A stretch of DNA of 61,036 nucleotides from an uncultured Dehalococcoidales bacterium (GCA_964489895.1 CAZBAN010000003.1:1-61036); one strand, 5' to 3'. Shown: positions 39,644-50,403, numbered from the stretch's first letter. The notes: generated by a model from the sequence alone, not told the origin. A program made the numbers and translations.

Positions 39644-40677
39644 GATGCCATCACCAGATAATCCTTTATTTCGTCCACGGTAATATTGTCGAACACTGCT
39701 TTCAGGATGAGCCGCAGGTTCCGCAGCTCCGTCTCCTTCACGATGAAGTACCAGACTGCCATCAGGGGTGACATTACCCGCGGCGATAGTGTCTCCCGGC
39801 TCATCTTGAATTTGTGTTTCTCGATTATTTCATCAACCACGCTAATGTTTTTGCCTTTATCGTAGCTGCTTACGACCTCTTCGGCTATCCGGGAGTACCG
39901 GTCACTTTCCAGCCTGTCGGGTATCTCATTAAGCTTGAGTGACATCATCTCCCGTATCGCCTCCACGGAAATCCTGTACCCGCCGCTAATAGTACCGGCG
40001 GTATCTGCAGCCATACCACCGATAACCGCCCTGAATATAAGCTGAAGGTTGGTCATATCAATCATGGTGCCCAGAGCCCTGGCAAGCATAGAACCGTCCA
40101 TCACCTGTTCTGCTACTCGCACCAGAGTCCTGTAGTACTCATTATCCAGCTTGCTATCAACTGGCAATCTTGCCCCATCACCTTCGTCAGTTCCGTATTC
40201 CTCCACAATTGCGGCGTATCCATGCAGACCGCACTTGACCAGCAGGTCAGCGATACCATCCGTATCATCGGCATCGGAGAGTTCTTCGAGCAGCCCGTTT
40301 TTACTGATTACTCCCACCGGCACCATACTGGCTTTCCTGCCGGATGAGATACCCAGTAAAGCTGCCTTTATATTTAACACATCGTACTTGTTGATATACA
40401 CACCGAGTAGCTTTAAAATCTCCGGGGTGACCGAGGCGAACCTTTCCAGACGACTGAAGCAATCATCCAGATAGCGCCATAAATGGTTGTCCACGTCGTT
40501 AAAGGTCTTTATGGATGCACCTTCGAGGTATGTACCGATGTCGGTCTCTCTGATAGCATCCATAATGTCCTGGACACTGGTGAGCCTGGTCATACTATTG
40601 ATATGACCTGAACCGATAATCCTGGCTTCCTCACCCTTCAGGTAAGCCGATATGAATGCGTATCCGTCGTCTGACAA
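39640..40677 (-). CDS. atpC: A/V-type ATPase subunit C (V0 d-like)
   Basis: 345 aa helical protein. NLRLILKA motif. Operon position. Confidence 0.8.
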   Translation of the reverse strand: MSDDGYAFISAYLKGEEARIIGSGHINSMTRLTSVQDIMDAIRETDIGTYLEGASIKTFNDVDNHLWRYLDDCFSRLERFASVTPEILKLLGVYINKYDVLNIKAALLGISSGRKASMVPVGVISKNGLLEELSDADDTDGIADLLVKCGLHGYAAIVEEYGTDEGDGARLPVDSKLDNEYYRTLVRVAEQVMDGSMLARALGTMIDMTNLQLIFRAVIGGMAADTAGTISGGYRISVEAIREMMSLKLNEIPDRLESDRYSRIAEEVVSSYDKGKNISVVDEIIEKHKFKMSRETLSPRVMSPLMAVWYFIVKETELRNLRLILKAVFDNITVDEIKDYLVMAS

Positions 40678-40686
40678 GACTATCTC

Positions 40687-41268
40687 CTACCTAGATTTAA
40701 AAAGCTCCTTGTTGATATCAGGCATAATCTGAGGGAGCAGTTGCTCCAGCCTGGCGTCATAGCTATTGTCTATTCTGTTCCTGCCTTCGATATCCTCGGC
40801 AATGACTCCGCCCAGACAATCGTGTTCCCTGACTTCCTGAATTTTCCCTGCCAGTTCCCTGTCTTCTTTAACCAGTTTCTTTGCTTCAGCCGTATCCTTT
40901 GGCGAAACATAAAGCACCGCTTTAGCAACACCAAGCGCCTCGACTGACTCTTTAATCAGGCCAAGGAGGGCACTTTTTCCGGCAGAGGAGCCGGACAGTT
41001 TCTCTTTTACTCTGCTGACGATGTCATCGAGTATCTGCTGTTTGGCGGCTGAAAGTTCCTGCCGTGCTTTTATAGAAGCCTGGGCATGAATGCGGGCTGC
41101 TTCACCCTCGGCTTCATCCATCAGCCAGCCTTTTTCAACTTCAAACCTGGCTTCCTGCTGTTTGACTGCCTCGTCCAGCCTCTCCAGTGCTTTTTCCTCG
41201 GCAGCTTTCACGATTTCTTGAGCCTCAGTCTTAACCTTATCCAGAATTGCTTCACCGATTTTGTCCAT
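40687..41268 (-). CDS. atpE: A/V-type ATPase subunit E
   Basis: 193 aa. A long N-terminal charged helix followed by a globular C-terminus. Operon position. Confidence 0.8.
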   Translation of the reverse strand: MDKIGEAILDKVKTEAQEIVKAAEEKALERLDEAVKQQEARFEVEKGWLMDEAEGEAARIHAQASIKARQELSAAKQQILDDIVSRVKEKLSGSSAGKSALLGLIKESVEALGVAKAVLYVSPKDTAEAKKLVKEDRELAGKIQEVREHDCLGGVIAEDIEGRNRIDNSYDARLEQLLPQIMPDINKELFKSR

Positions 41269-41280
41269 AGCATTCAGTCC

Positions 41281-41757
41281 TTACATGAGTCCCAGCATTG
41301 TCAGTGACATTATGGCGAACACCAGACCGAGTACGCCGAGTAGTTCTACAAACACGGCAAGCATGATGGCATTGGTCAATATTGCGCCCTTCGTCTTTGG
41401 CAGGAGGGATATACCGGAGGCGCATACTTTGCCCTGGTATATCGCCGAGAAGCACTCGGCAGCACCGGCAATCAGCCCTGTACCGAGTACCATGGCGCCA
41501 CCGCCTCCTTCCGCCGATATATTAGGCACCACTGCGGTAATAATCAGTATCAACACTATCAGCCCGTAGAATGTCTGGGTCATCGGCAGAGACGCCAGAA
41601 TGATGACATTTCTGAACTGTCCCGATTCTTCTGATAGAGTTGCCGCGCCTGCCGAACCGGCAATACCTATACCTATCGAAGAGCCTATAAGACCTCCAAT
41701 CAGAGCCAGGGCTCCACCAATAGCAGCCAGAGCTGCGGGGTCAAACAACATTTTCAA
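41281..41757 (-). CDS. atpK: A/V-type ATPase proteolipid subunit K (4-TM duplicated c subunit) with the Na+-site residue set
   Basis: 158 aa. SLPMTQTFYG, FSAIYQGKV and AVFVELLG align with Enterococcus hirae NtpK LLPGTQGLYG, FSGIAQGKV and AMVETYA. Confidence 0.88.
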   Translation of the reverse strand: MKMLFDPAALAAIGGALALIGGLIGSSIGIGIAGSAGAATLSEESGQFRNVIILASLPMTQTFYGLIVLILIITAVVPNISAEGGGGAMVLGTGLIAGAAECFSAIYQGKVCASGISLLPKTKGAILTNAIMLAVFVELLGVLGLVFAIMSLTMLGLM

Positions 41758-41777
41758 CCTCCTTCTTCGAGACCTTG

Positions 41778-43772
41778 CTATCTTATCGTTAGTGGTATGA
41801 CCGCCCGCTTCTTTAGCCTGAACGGGCTGTACTCATTACCTCCGCCTTCGTAGAACTTGAAAAGAAACTCCACAAAACACAACCTGAGGGAGTGCATAAA
41901 ACCGGTAATGGCAGTCAGTACCATATTTACCGTGTGTCCGAATATGATAATTACCACTCCCAGAATTCCGCCGATTATAGCGCCGGCTACACCGGGTATC
42001 ATCCCACTGAACAGCTCTGCCATCAGGTTAAAGGTGGATGCCAGGTAGAACGTAGCCAGACCCACACCGGCAAGCCGGGCGTAGGACATAACGTCACCCA
42101 GAAGCCCGGTGATGTCAAACAGCCACAGTATCGCCCCCAGGCCACCGCTCTGCATTACACTTGAAACGATAATTACCAGGACACCTCCCGCCATGACATA
42201 CGACAGTATGGAGTAAAGCTGCGGGGTGAATCCGGGTATATTGACATTAAGCAGAGAATTAAGTATGGACGGTATTCCGAACTGGACGGCAAAAAGTCCT
42301 ACCTTACCGAGTATCACTCCTCTGTTCTTATCTTTAATGCCCTTGATGAGAGCCATAATATGACCGATATTCACGTGGATGAAACCGATGCCCAGAGCCA
42401 GGACGATAAACGAAACGGGGTCCTGGAGTAACTCCTTGACTCCCTGGCTGAGAGCCAGGTCTTCAAATCCGAACAACGTATAGATATTGCCCAGGTACTG
42501 TCCGGTAAGCAGACCACCGATAAGGGCTACTCCGCTGCATATATAGAGCAACTTCTGAAACAGCTTGAAGTTCTCCGAGTCAGGGTCATCGACAAACTTA
42601 GCCAGCAGAAACCTGCCAAGCAGCATGATACCCAGGGCGTAAACCACGTCGCATACCATAATACCGAAGAAAAGAGCGAAGGAATAACTCAGTATTGGAG
42701 TGGGGTCCCACTCTCTGTACCTGGGAGTACCGAACAGGTTAACAATCACGTGAAACGGTCTGAACCCGGCAGGGTTATTCATTTTAGTGGGAGGTTCTTC
42801 ATCCGGTCCTGCCTCTCTGGTATCGATAAATATATCGTCTATGGTATCTTTAAGCTCCGATATGGTGGACTCGACACTGCTTTCAGGCATCCAGCCCTGA
42901 ATAAGAATTACGTATCTGGCTTCACACGCCTTTTCCAGGACTGCCAGCCGCTCGTTCTCCGATAGCAGTACCTCCCTGAGCAGGACAAGCCTGTTTATGT
43001 TTTCACTGGTGGCTTCAATAAGTCTGTCCTGAAGTCCGGAGAGTTCCTGCTGAAGACCGGATAATCTATCGCTGAGCTGTACGATATATTCCTGAAGCGA
43101 GTAGTCCTCGTCGGGTATCTGGAGAATCTTTCCCTCTACTCCCGTCACCAGAGATTCAATATCTTCAAGGTCCTTTACCTTGCCAATGCCATAAACAACG
43201 TTCTCGTCCTCTGCTGTAGCGACGATAGTCTCCAGAGGTCGGTCTTTTAGACTGTCTTTAACGTTCCTGAACGACTCACCGCGAAAAACGAAAACACGGG
43301 AGAAAAGATAATCGCCGGTAAATTTAAGGTCACGCAATTTCAGACCTGTCTGCCCTGTTTGCCGGGCAAGCGGTTCGAGGTACTTCTTCAACCCGCTCAA
43401 CTCTTCAATTTTTTCCGCAGGTCTGACCGTTCGCTGGTACATGTTATGGAGCCTCGTATAGAGTGACTCAACTTCGCCGTTCAGTTCATGTAAAGGCCGG
43501 GTGTAGATTACTTCAACATTCTCGGCTGGAATTAACGCTTCTTTATCGGGCAGATAGGATAGAATGGTATTAACGTTGTCCAGCAGGTGAGTGACTTCGT
43601 GGTGCTGGTCTTCAATAGCCGCCCTGTCAACCGGGCTCAGCTCTTCACTGGTATCGATATGCAGCACTCCAGCCTTATGCAGGGCTTTGAGAGTATTTTC
43701 CGAATCTTCTTTCATGGTCAATACTTTGACCTTGACCATGGTTTCGGGGGTATTAACCACAACAGGTATCAT
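41778..43772 (-). CDS. atpI: A/V-type ATPase subunit I (a-like stator/proton-channel subunit)
   Basis: 664 aa. A soluble N-terminal half and a polytopic C-terminal half containing the conserved Arg context (SYARLAGVGLA). Confidence 0.9.
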   Translation of the reverse strand: MIPVVVNTPETMVKVKVLTMKEDSENTLKALHKAGVLHIDTSEELSPVDRAAIEDQHHEVTHLLDNVNTILSYLPDKEALIPAENVEVIYTRPLHELNGEVESLYTRLHNMYQRTVRPAEKIEELSGLKKYLEPLARQTGQTGLKLRDLKFTGDYLFSRVFVFRGESFRNVKDSLKDRPLETIVATAEDENVVYGIGKVKDLEDIESLVTGVEGKILQIPDEDYSLQEYIVQLSDRLSGLQQELSGLQDRLIEATSENINRLVLLREVLLSENERLAVLEKACEARYVILIQGWMPESSVESTISELKDTIDDIFIDTREAGPDEEPPTKMNNPAGFRPFHVIVNLFGTPRYREWDPTPILSYSFALFFGIMVCDVVYALGIMLLGRFLLAKFVDDPDSENFKLFQKLLYICSGVALIGGLLTGQYLGNIYTLFGFEDLALSQGVKELLQDPVSFIVLALGIGFIHVNIGHIMALIKGIKDKNRGVILGKVGLFAVQFGIPSILNSLLNVNIPGFTPQLYSILSYVMAGGVLVIIVSSVMQSGGLGAILWLFDITGLLGDVMSYARLAGVGLATFYLASTFNLMAELFSGMIPGVAGAIIGGILGVVIIIFGHTVNMVLTAITGFMHSLRLCFVEFLFKFYEGGGNEYSPFRLKKRAVIPLTIR

Positions 43773-44083
43773 CCGGACTTTGCTCCAGAGATAGTATTTA
43801 CAATATTCTCGACTATTCCGTCCAACTTTTTGCCGGCTGTTGTCTTCAGTTCCCGAGCCTGTTTTTTAGCATCAGATACCCGGGAATCGGCTTCTTCTTT
43901 TGCTATAGCTATGATTTTCTCGCAGTCGGCTTTTACTTTATCGAGAGACAACTCGGAAGAGACGATTTGCTGGCTTTCCTCTTTAGCATTCTGGAGGATT
44001 TCATTTGCCTTTTGCCTGGCGGCTTCCAGTATACTTTCGGCTCTGGCTTCGATATCTTCTACACTACCGGTAATTTCATCCAT
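43769..44083 (-). CDS. A/V-type ATPase small peripheral-stalk subunit (H/G-like)
   Basis: About 104 aa charged helical protein. I prefer ATG 44083 because AAGAGGTG lies 8 nt upstream. ATGA overlap with subunit I. Confidence 0.65.
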   Translation of the reverse strand: MDEITGSVEDIEARAESILEAARQKANEILQNAKEESQQIVSSELSLDKVKADCEKIIAIAKEEADSRVSDAKKQARELKTTAGKKLDGIVENIVNTISGAKSG

Positions 44084-44360
44084 ATAAACGACACCTCTTG
44101 TTTGTTTAGTGCCATCAGTCAAGGTTTAGCGTATAAACATAATCGGTGCTGACTGATCAGGATTGACCTCCAATAATTTCGGAAATGATTGTCCAGACCT
44201 GACAACCGGATTAATGATAAACGACACAAACCGATAATTATTATAGCTGAAGTTCCTTCAATATGAAAGCCCTGATTGATGGGTGGAAATGTAAAGCTGG
44301 TATTAACCCGGTAATCGTTATATATTATAATAATAGTCTGTATAAGGAGGTAATTATAAA

Positions 44361-44855
44361 ATGGAGCATAAAAAATACTGGAGAAATGTGATTCAGGGGC
44401 CGTTTTTTAAGGCACCGGAACCCGGGATGACCGGCACGTCGATATTCGCTCATCACAATGAGTACGGGAATGGTACTACCCTGGGTTACCATTGCATTAA
44501 CACGAATTATGAAGTACCGTTCTCTCACTCCCATGATTTTCATGAATTACTGTGCTTTATCGGCGGGAACCCGGAAGATATAAACGATTTGGGAGCGGAA
44601 ATCAGCATCTGCCTGGGTGATGAACAGGAGGAACATATTATTACCAGTGCTACGGTTGTATCTATCCCGCCGGGCTTAAAGCATTGTCCCCTTAAAGTGA
44701 ATAAGATTTCCAAACCCTTTGTATTTCTGGAGGTATCAACGACTACAGGGTATGCCAATAACATGGGAGAGACGGCAGAGGTCCTATTAAAGCCGCCAGA
44801 CATGCCCGAAAGCAAGCCGGAAAAAACAAAAGAACAACCCGAACCTGAGAGTTAG
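44361..44855 (+). CDS. Metal-binding cupin-fold protein (paralog of 28099-28566)
   Basis: HSHDFHELLCFIGG (HxHx3Ex6G) and GLKHCPLK motifs. RBS AAGGAGG upstream. Confidence 0.55.
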   Translation: MEHKKYWRNVIQGPFFKAPEPGMTGTSIFAHHNEYGNGTTLGYHCINTNYEVPFSHSHDFHELLCFIGGNPEDINDLGAEISICLGDEQEEHIITSATVVSIPPGLKHCPLKVNKISKPFVFLEVSTTTGYANNMGETAEVLLKPPDMPESKPEKTKEQPEPES

Positions 44856-44917
44856 TACGGAGCTGTAGCCTGACCTGGAATAAGCAGGGTTTACCCCGAA
44901 TCTACCAGTAATAAAGA

Positions 44918-44948
44918 CGGTCCCGACGTTTTATCATCGGGACCGTTT
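44918..44948. terminator. Bidirectional hairpin between convergent genes
   Basis: CGGTCCCGA/TCGGGACCG 9-bp stem with a 10-nt loop. T-run on the + side and A-run on the other side. Confidence 0.55.
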
Positions 44949-45010
44949 AGTATGAGGACTAGGAATATATTGCAGAGTCGGCTGCCTGCCTCCTGTAAAT
45001 GCCGTTCGGA

Positions 45011-45949
45011 TTACCAGTCCGGCGGACCTACCTTTTGCTGTTTATCATAAATCGGGGTATATATGGTGCTGAAATTCTTCATAACAGCCCACCTTTCTTC
45101 ATTAAAAGGCTCGTCGGGTATTGCCCGGATAAGAGCGTCGTGGCGACCGATATAGCCATCCCGGAACTCGGCATGGGTGTGGATAAAGAGGTCGTTACGC
45201 TTGATACCCCGCATCACTCGTTCGCCGGTCTCCAGCGGGTCCATGAAAACTGATTCCATATCTAACGACGGGCGTTGCCGACCTTCCTGTCCGGGAGGTG
45301 GCTGAGGCGGCCAGGTCTCTCCCTCGTTCCTCAGGTGTTCGGGACGGTTTTCGAAAGTAGACTGCCCCAGGTTACCCCTCGTCGGTCCGGGGTACAGTAT
45401 GGAAACTCCTATATTTTTATCCTCAAGCTCGGAGGCAAGACACTCCATAAAGCCAGTTACGGCATACTTGGATGTGCAATAGATAGCGAAGTTGGCTGTA
45501 GCCATAAGGCCGCATGTAGAGGACGTGGAAACGATATGCCCGCCCTCACCGTGCTTAAGGATGCGGGGCAGGATGGTCAGCACGCCGTTGATAACACCCC
45601 CGATGTTGACACCCATGGAGTAGTCCCAATCTTTGAATGTTGTATTCTCCGTAGGGACACCGCCTGTACCTACACCGGCGTTATTGACCAGGACATGTAT
45701 CTTGCCGAAGACGGCTTCCGCTTCATCGGCAGCCTTAACGTAAGCCTCCCGGTCGGTCACGTTCAGGTTGATGGGATGGACTTCACCACCGTTTTCCCTG
45801 AACCATGCCATAGCCTCATCCAGAGCGTGCTGACGCGAATCGATGATGACAACCTTCATTCCGTTTTTCACGAATACCTTGGATATGCCCAGACCGATGC
45901 CACTGGCACCGCCGGTGACAAAGGCTGTTTTTCCTTCAACATTCTCCAT
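45011..45949 (-). CDS. Short-chain dehydrogenase/reductase, SDR-1
   Basis: TGGASGIGLG cofactor loop, NNAG, and catalytic S...YxxxK (YCTSK). I prefer ATG 45949 because GGAGG lies upstream. Extended C-terminal helical tail shared with SDR-2 and SDR-3. Confidence 0.88.
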   Translation of the reverse strand: MENVEGKTAFVTGGASGIGLGISKVFVKNGMKVVIIDSRQHALDEAMAWFRENGGEVHPINLNVTDREAYVKAADEAEAVFGKIHVLVNNAGVGTGGVPTENTTFKDWDYSMGVNIGGVINGVLTILPRILKHGEGGHIVSTSSTCGLMATANFAIYCTSKYAVTGFMECLASELEDKNIGVSILYPGPTRGNLGQSTFENRPEHLRNEGETWPPQPPPGQEGRQRPSLDMESVFMDPLETGERVMRGIKRNDLFIHTHAEFRDGYIGRHDALIRAIPDEPFNEERWAVMKNFSTIYTPIYDKQQKVGPPDW

Positions 45950-46004
45950 TTGAATACCTCCATAATTACTTGAACTATGTCTCAGGTTATGCTGATTATT
46001 ATTT

Positions 46005-47702
46005 TTACAGCCGGATACCACAGGTGCCTTCGGCACAGGCTACGGGTTCAGGCATGCGGAGCGGTCTGGCATCCTTCTTAATTCCGGCTTTGGGAATCCA
46101 GGGGTCTATAACCACGGTCTGGAAATGAGAGAAATCGGTGGTGACCCACATCGGATTCATTTCACCGCCGACGACAATGAAGTTGAGCCTCTCTGGATCT
46201 TTAAACTGGAACTCCGTGTTCTTAACAAGCCACTCACTGAGTTTCATCGGGTCATTATAGCCTTCATCATTTTTAAGACTCTTGGCTACCAGCGGGTCGG
46301 TGAGGAACGTAAATGCTCCGCCGAACGGACCACCCAGACTCTTTATGACATCGAGCATCCGCTGAGAAGGTCCTATTCCCTGGGTGAGGACATTCCAGCC
46401 GCGGAAAAGACTTACCGTGCTTTCTTCCTTTTTATAACCTTTACGGACGTGGAAAGGCTTCCAGGGACTTTGTTCTTCGTTCTCTGCGCAGCACATGTTG
46501 TTGTAGTTTATTGTGGTCCCGGTGCTGGCTGTGAATGTAGCCCCGGGACGCATGTCACCGAAGTTTATACTCATCAGCGTCCATGCCCGACCGATAACCG
46601 AATTGGCGTAGTTTACCGGGCTCAGGGCACCGAGCCCTGAGTTCATGCCGATTTCATTCCTTACGGGACCGTTTACCACCATCATGCTGGCGAAGGAGGT
46701 GGTGGAACTGGGCAGGGAAGGTCGCCCCGATTCTCCCAGGGCTAAAATAACCGGGAAATGCTCCGGCCTGCACCCTGCCATGACGGCGATGACGGCACAT
46801 TTCTCCACCGTATATTTGAGTCTTTCCTCATGGGTGGTTACGGACATCATGCCGACGTGTTCATCCGGGGCATGGTCTGTTCCGGTAAGCATCTCCGCCA
46901 CGCGTTCCTCGGTCGGCAGGACTATCGGGAGACCATCAGTCCAGCCGTTTTCCATGAAAAGGCGATGCAGGTTTTCTTCCGTATCCGGTTCCAGCAGGCG
47001 CTCACGTTCCGGTCTTATTTGCGCCTTAAAGGTTTTTTCATTTTCGGATAAAGGCCGGGTGAGAGCGTTATCAATCTCTTCCACGAGCGGCACGCCGGTA
47101 ACCGGGTCGTTGCCTTGAATATAGCCCTTAAGGGTCTCACGGGGCACCCATCCGACCGGGTAAGGAGGGTATGTGAAGCGGAGTGCCATTCCGTGACTCC
47201 GGCAGTCGCGTTCAACATAATCGGCAAACCGGGCGGTGACGATAGGAGCTGTCGGCATGCCGTAATCGTTTTCCATCGTGCGTGAGAATTCGGCGATACT
47301 CGCCGAACAGCCGTCTCAGCCGCCGACGCCGAAGACAACGGCGTCACCGTTTTTCTTTATCTCTTCCCAGAGTTCGGGTTCGTCGGTGAACATGCTGGAA
47401 GCCTTGTTTTTCAGGACGGTCTTTACTCCGGGGCGGTTTTTTGAGAACCAGTTCTGGAGTTCCTCCAGGAATTCTCTGGCGCCGGCAAATCCTGTGCCAA
47501 CCAGGTAAAGGGTCTTGCCTTCCAGGGTGTCGAGTCTCTCCGCCATCTTCAGCGAGCTCAGATTTTCAGCAGTGTCTCTCGGCTGATACGTGGGGTCGTG
47601 GATAGCGAACATTGGTGAGTCCGCATTGAGTCGCCGTCCGAAGATGCCGCTTGGCTGACCGACCGGGTCAAGTACTGCCATTTTAGTATCTTTTATACCC
47701 AT
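46005..47702 (-). CDS. Candidate selenoprotein, type B copy 1 (565 aa; in-frame UGA at 47316-47318, motif GVGG-U-DGC)
   Basis: ORFs 47316-47702 and 46005-47276 share one frame. The 13 codons between the TGA and the first ATG (DGCSASIAEFSRT) are conserved with the paralog at 50854-52530. About 70 percent identity to that paralog by eye. Confidence 0.7.
47289..47307 (-). promoter_or_regulatory. Candidate bacterial SECIS hairpin
   Basis: On the coding strand, UUCGGCGA-GUA-UCGCCGAA begins about 9 nt after the UGA. Confidence 0.45.
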
Positions 47703-47739
47703 GTACTCCTTCCTATCTTTGTTCGGTTCTTACCTGAAC

Positions 47740-49392
47740 TTAATACTTGGCATATACAGGTGCCAGGTTTTTATATTTCGCCACTAACTTATCCCAGGCT
47801 TTGGGAAGCTCGATTTTCTTTGTCACGTACTCCTGCCACTGTATCCAGGCTCCTGAAGCGATATACGCACCACCCGGTCCACCGGCAACGAGGATTGTCA
47901 TGTGGTCGGTACTTGACCCGGGTGGCGGCATCGGCGGAAGCTCTCGAGAATCATCTGAACTTTGCAGTCGGAATGGTTCCATAGGTGGAGCGTGTTCGGC
48001 TATATATTCCTTTGTCTTCTGCTTGGTAAAACCTTCATCGGACAGGAATTTGGCTGTGCCCGGGGGAATAACGATTATGCACATTCCGTACGCGCGTATA
48101 TTCATGGCAATTGGGTCCAGGATGCCCTCAGCACCCACTCCCATGGGAATTGTCCATCTAAACATATTGGGGAACAGGACCGAAAGAGTGCTGTCCTCTT
48201 TTTTAAAACCTTGTTCCAAGTGGAAGGGTTCCCAGGGGCTTTCCTCCTCCCACTCGCCGATTACCATGGTGTACTTCCCCGGGTTGCCGAACGAGCCGGC
48301 GTCCTCGATTCCTTTTCGTATGCCACCGATGTTCTTGATTATCAGACCCATAGCCCGTCCAATGGCGGCGTTGGCAATGTCGCCCGGACTGAAGATTCCT
48401 ATACCGCAGTTAACCAGAATATCGTTGCGCACCGGGCCGTTTATTATCCAGAAGGGGACCCATGAGCCCTGGCTGTCCTGGTAATTATCCCACCTGGTTG
48501 CCCTTTCGGGCAGAGCCTGTACTCCGGCAATGATTACCGGCAGGTGAGTCGGTAAAGCGCCAGCCATGACGGCGTTAACGGCAATCTTCTCAACGGTAGC
48601 CTTGCCCAGACGCGGACCCATCCTGGTAACCACGTGGTCAGGCGGCAGGTCGGTCCCGGTCAGCATTTCTGCCACTGCTGCCTCGGTCGGCGGTATTACC
48701 GGCAGACCGTCACCCCATCCCCTGCGGTAAAAGAACTGGTTGACTTCATTTAAATCTCCGCGGAAGAGGATTCTCGACGGTTTTTCCGGCTCTTTCTGCT
48801 TCGGTGACTTCTCTTCGTCGGTTAAGGGCCTGGTCAGGGCATCGATGATATTATCCAGTAACGGAGCGACTCCGGCTTCGACTCTCTCCGGGCTGTCACG
48901 TTCATCAACCCATTCTTCGGAGTGAATGGAATCCCAGACGACTCTTACACCGGGCATCCCTCTGCCTGACGCCGCTGAACCTTCCTCTACCAGGTATGTC
49001 TGGTTCGTCACCGCTACCGATGGTTTGCCCATTTCCTCGGCAGCTATCGTGTTGTACACAAGGTACTTGGCACAGGTCGATCAGTTGCCGACAAGGAATA
49101 TGCCGGCATCAATCCCCTTTGCCCACTCAACGAATTCTGCCTTTTTATCGGTATCGATTACAGTGACGTTCTGGTCGGTGGAATCGAAAAGGCTGGTTTC
49201 GACGCCCGGATATCTTTCCTTCAGTTTCTCTCCGATGGTCACCGCCATCTGTTTGGATGCCTGTTTGAAGTTCTGGAAGATGCCTATTTTCTTGCCTTCA
49301 AGACTCGTTAATCGTGGTGAAATGCCTTTTAGCGGCACCGGTTCAGCCTCAGCCCAGGGGCTGAGAACCTCGTACTGGTTATTGTTACTCAT
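47740..49392 (-). CDS. Candidate selenoprotein, type C (550 aa; in-frame UGA at 49081-49083, motif LVGN-U-STC)
   Basis: ORFs 49081-49392 and 47740-49059 share one frame. Domain architecture matches types A and B (PRL..LEGK N-domain; GWGDGLPVIPPTE and VEKIAVNAVMAG in the C-domain). Confidence 0.65.
49054..49073 (-). promoter_or_regulatory. Weak candidate SECIS hairpin
   Basis: On the coding strand, GUGCCAAG-UAC-CUUG(U)GUAC (one bulge) starts 8 nt after the UGA. Confidence 0.3.
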
Positions 49393-49434
49393 CGTTTTGT
49401 TCTCCTTACCTGACCTGCAATCTTTTTCTTTTTT

Positions 49435-50403
49435 CTATTCGGCTCCCTGGCGGTTTTTAACCCAGGTTAAGTCTGTCCTGGCTTTGCCAAAACCTGACTC
49501 CGAGTCCCGGTACGGACTCATATCTCTGTTCTTCGCCATTTCTTCCATTCTCTTTTTTTGCTGTTCTTCAAGTCTCTTCATGCCTTCGGCAGTGACATAA
49601 TTCATTAGAGTATCGCAGTGCTCTTTCATCGTCTGCTCGGGGTCGTCGGTGAAGGGCAGGACAAACAACACCTCGTCTTCGATACCCTTCTTCAGCTTCA
49701 AAGCCAGCTCGACGGGGTCCATTCCCTGGGCATGAATAGAACGCAGGACATTAATTGTCTCTTCATTGACGTTGTATCCCGTGTTCTTGAGGTGCTCGGG
49801 ACGGGTGTAAACCGCTTCGCCGATATTTGAGTTGATGTTGGTGGGGCACAGGCAGGTGACGCCGATATTGTACGGTTTGAGTGCCGTGTAGTAGCACTCC
49901 ATGAGCATGTCTACTCCGGCTTTGGCGACTGAATAGGGAGTACAGCCGGGTGATGCCATAAAACCTCCCCATGAAGAGACCGTGCAGATATGACCGGGTC
50001 TGCCGGACTGTATCATCCGCGGCACGAATGTCACCATACCGTTGATGACTCCGCCCAGGTCGACTCCTAAAACCCAGTCGTAGTCTTCGAATGTCGATGC
50101 TTCAGCCGGACCGAAGGTATTTACGCCTGCGGTATTGAAGAGAAGCTGGGGAGGACCGCCGTATACCTTTTCCACCTCGTCGGCAGCCTCCATATATGCC
50201 TTGCGGTCCGTTAAATCCAGTTGTATGGCATGGACTTCCGCTTTTTTGTCCTTGAAATAAGCCATTGCTTCGTCAAGATGGTCTTTGCGGATATCCACGA
50301 TGACAACCTTACAGCCTGCTTCCGAGAATACTTTAGCCTGGCCAAGTCCGGCGCCGGAAGCTCCGCCGGTGATAAACGCAACTTTTCCTGCGAAATCCTT
50401 CAT
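49435..50403 (-). CDS. Short-chain dehydrogenase/reductase, SDR-2
   Basis: TGGASGAGLG, NTAG, S...YSVAK. I prefer ATG 50403 because GGAAGGAG lies upstream. Confidence 0.88.
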   Translation of the reverse strand: MKDFAGKVAFITGGASGAGLGQAKVFSEAGCKVVIVDIRKDHLDEAMAYFKDKKAEVHAIQLDLTDRKAYMEAADEVEKVYGGPPQLLFNTAGVNTFGPAEASTFEDYDWVLGVDLGGVINGMVTFVPRMIQSGRPGHICTVSSWGGFMASPGCTPYSVAKAGVDMLMECYYTALKPYNIGVTCLCPTNINSNIGEAVYTRPEHLKNTGYNVNEETINVLRSIHAQGMDPVELALKLKKGIEDEVLFVLPFTDDPEQTMKEHCDTLMNYVTAEGMKRLEEQQKKRMEEMAKNRDMSPYRDSESGFGKARTDLTWVKNRQGAE

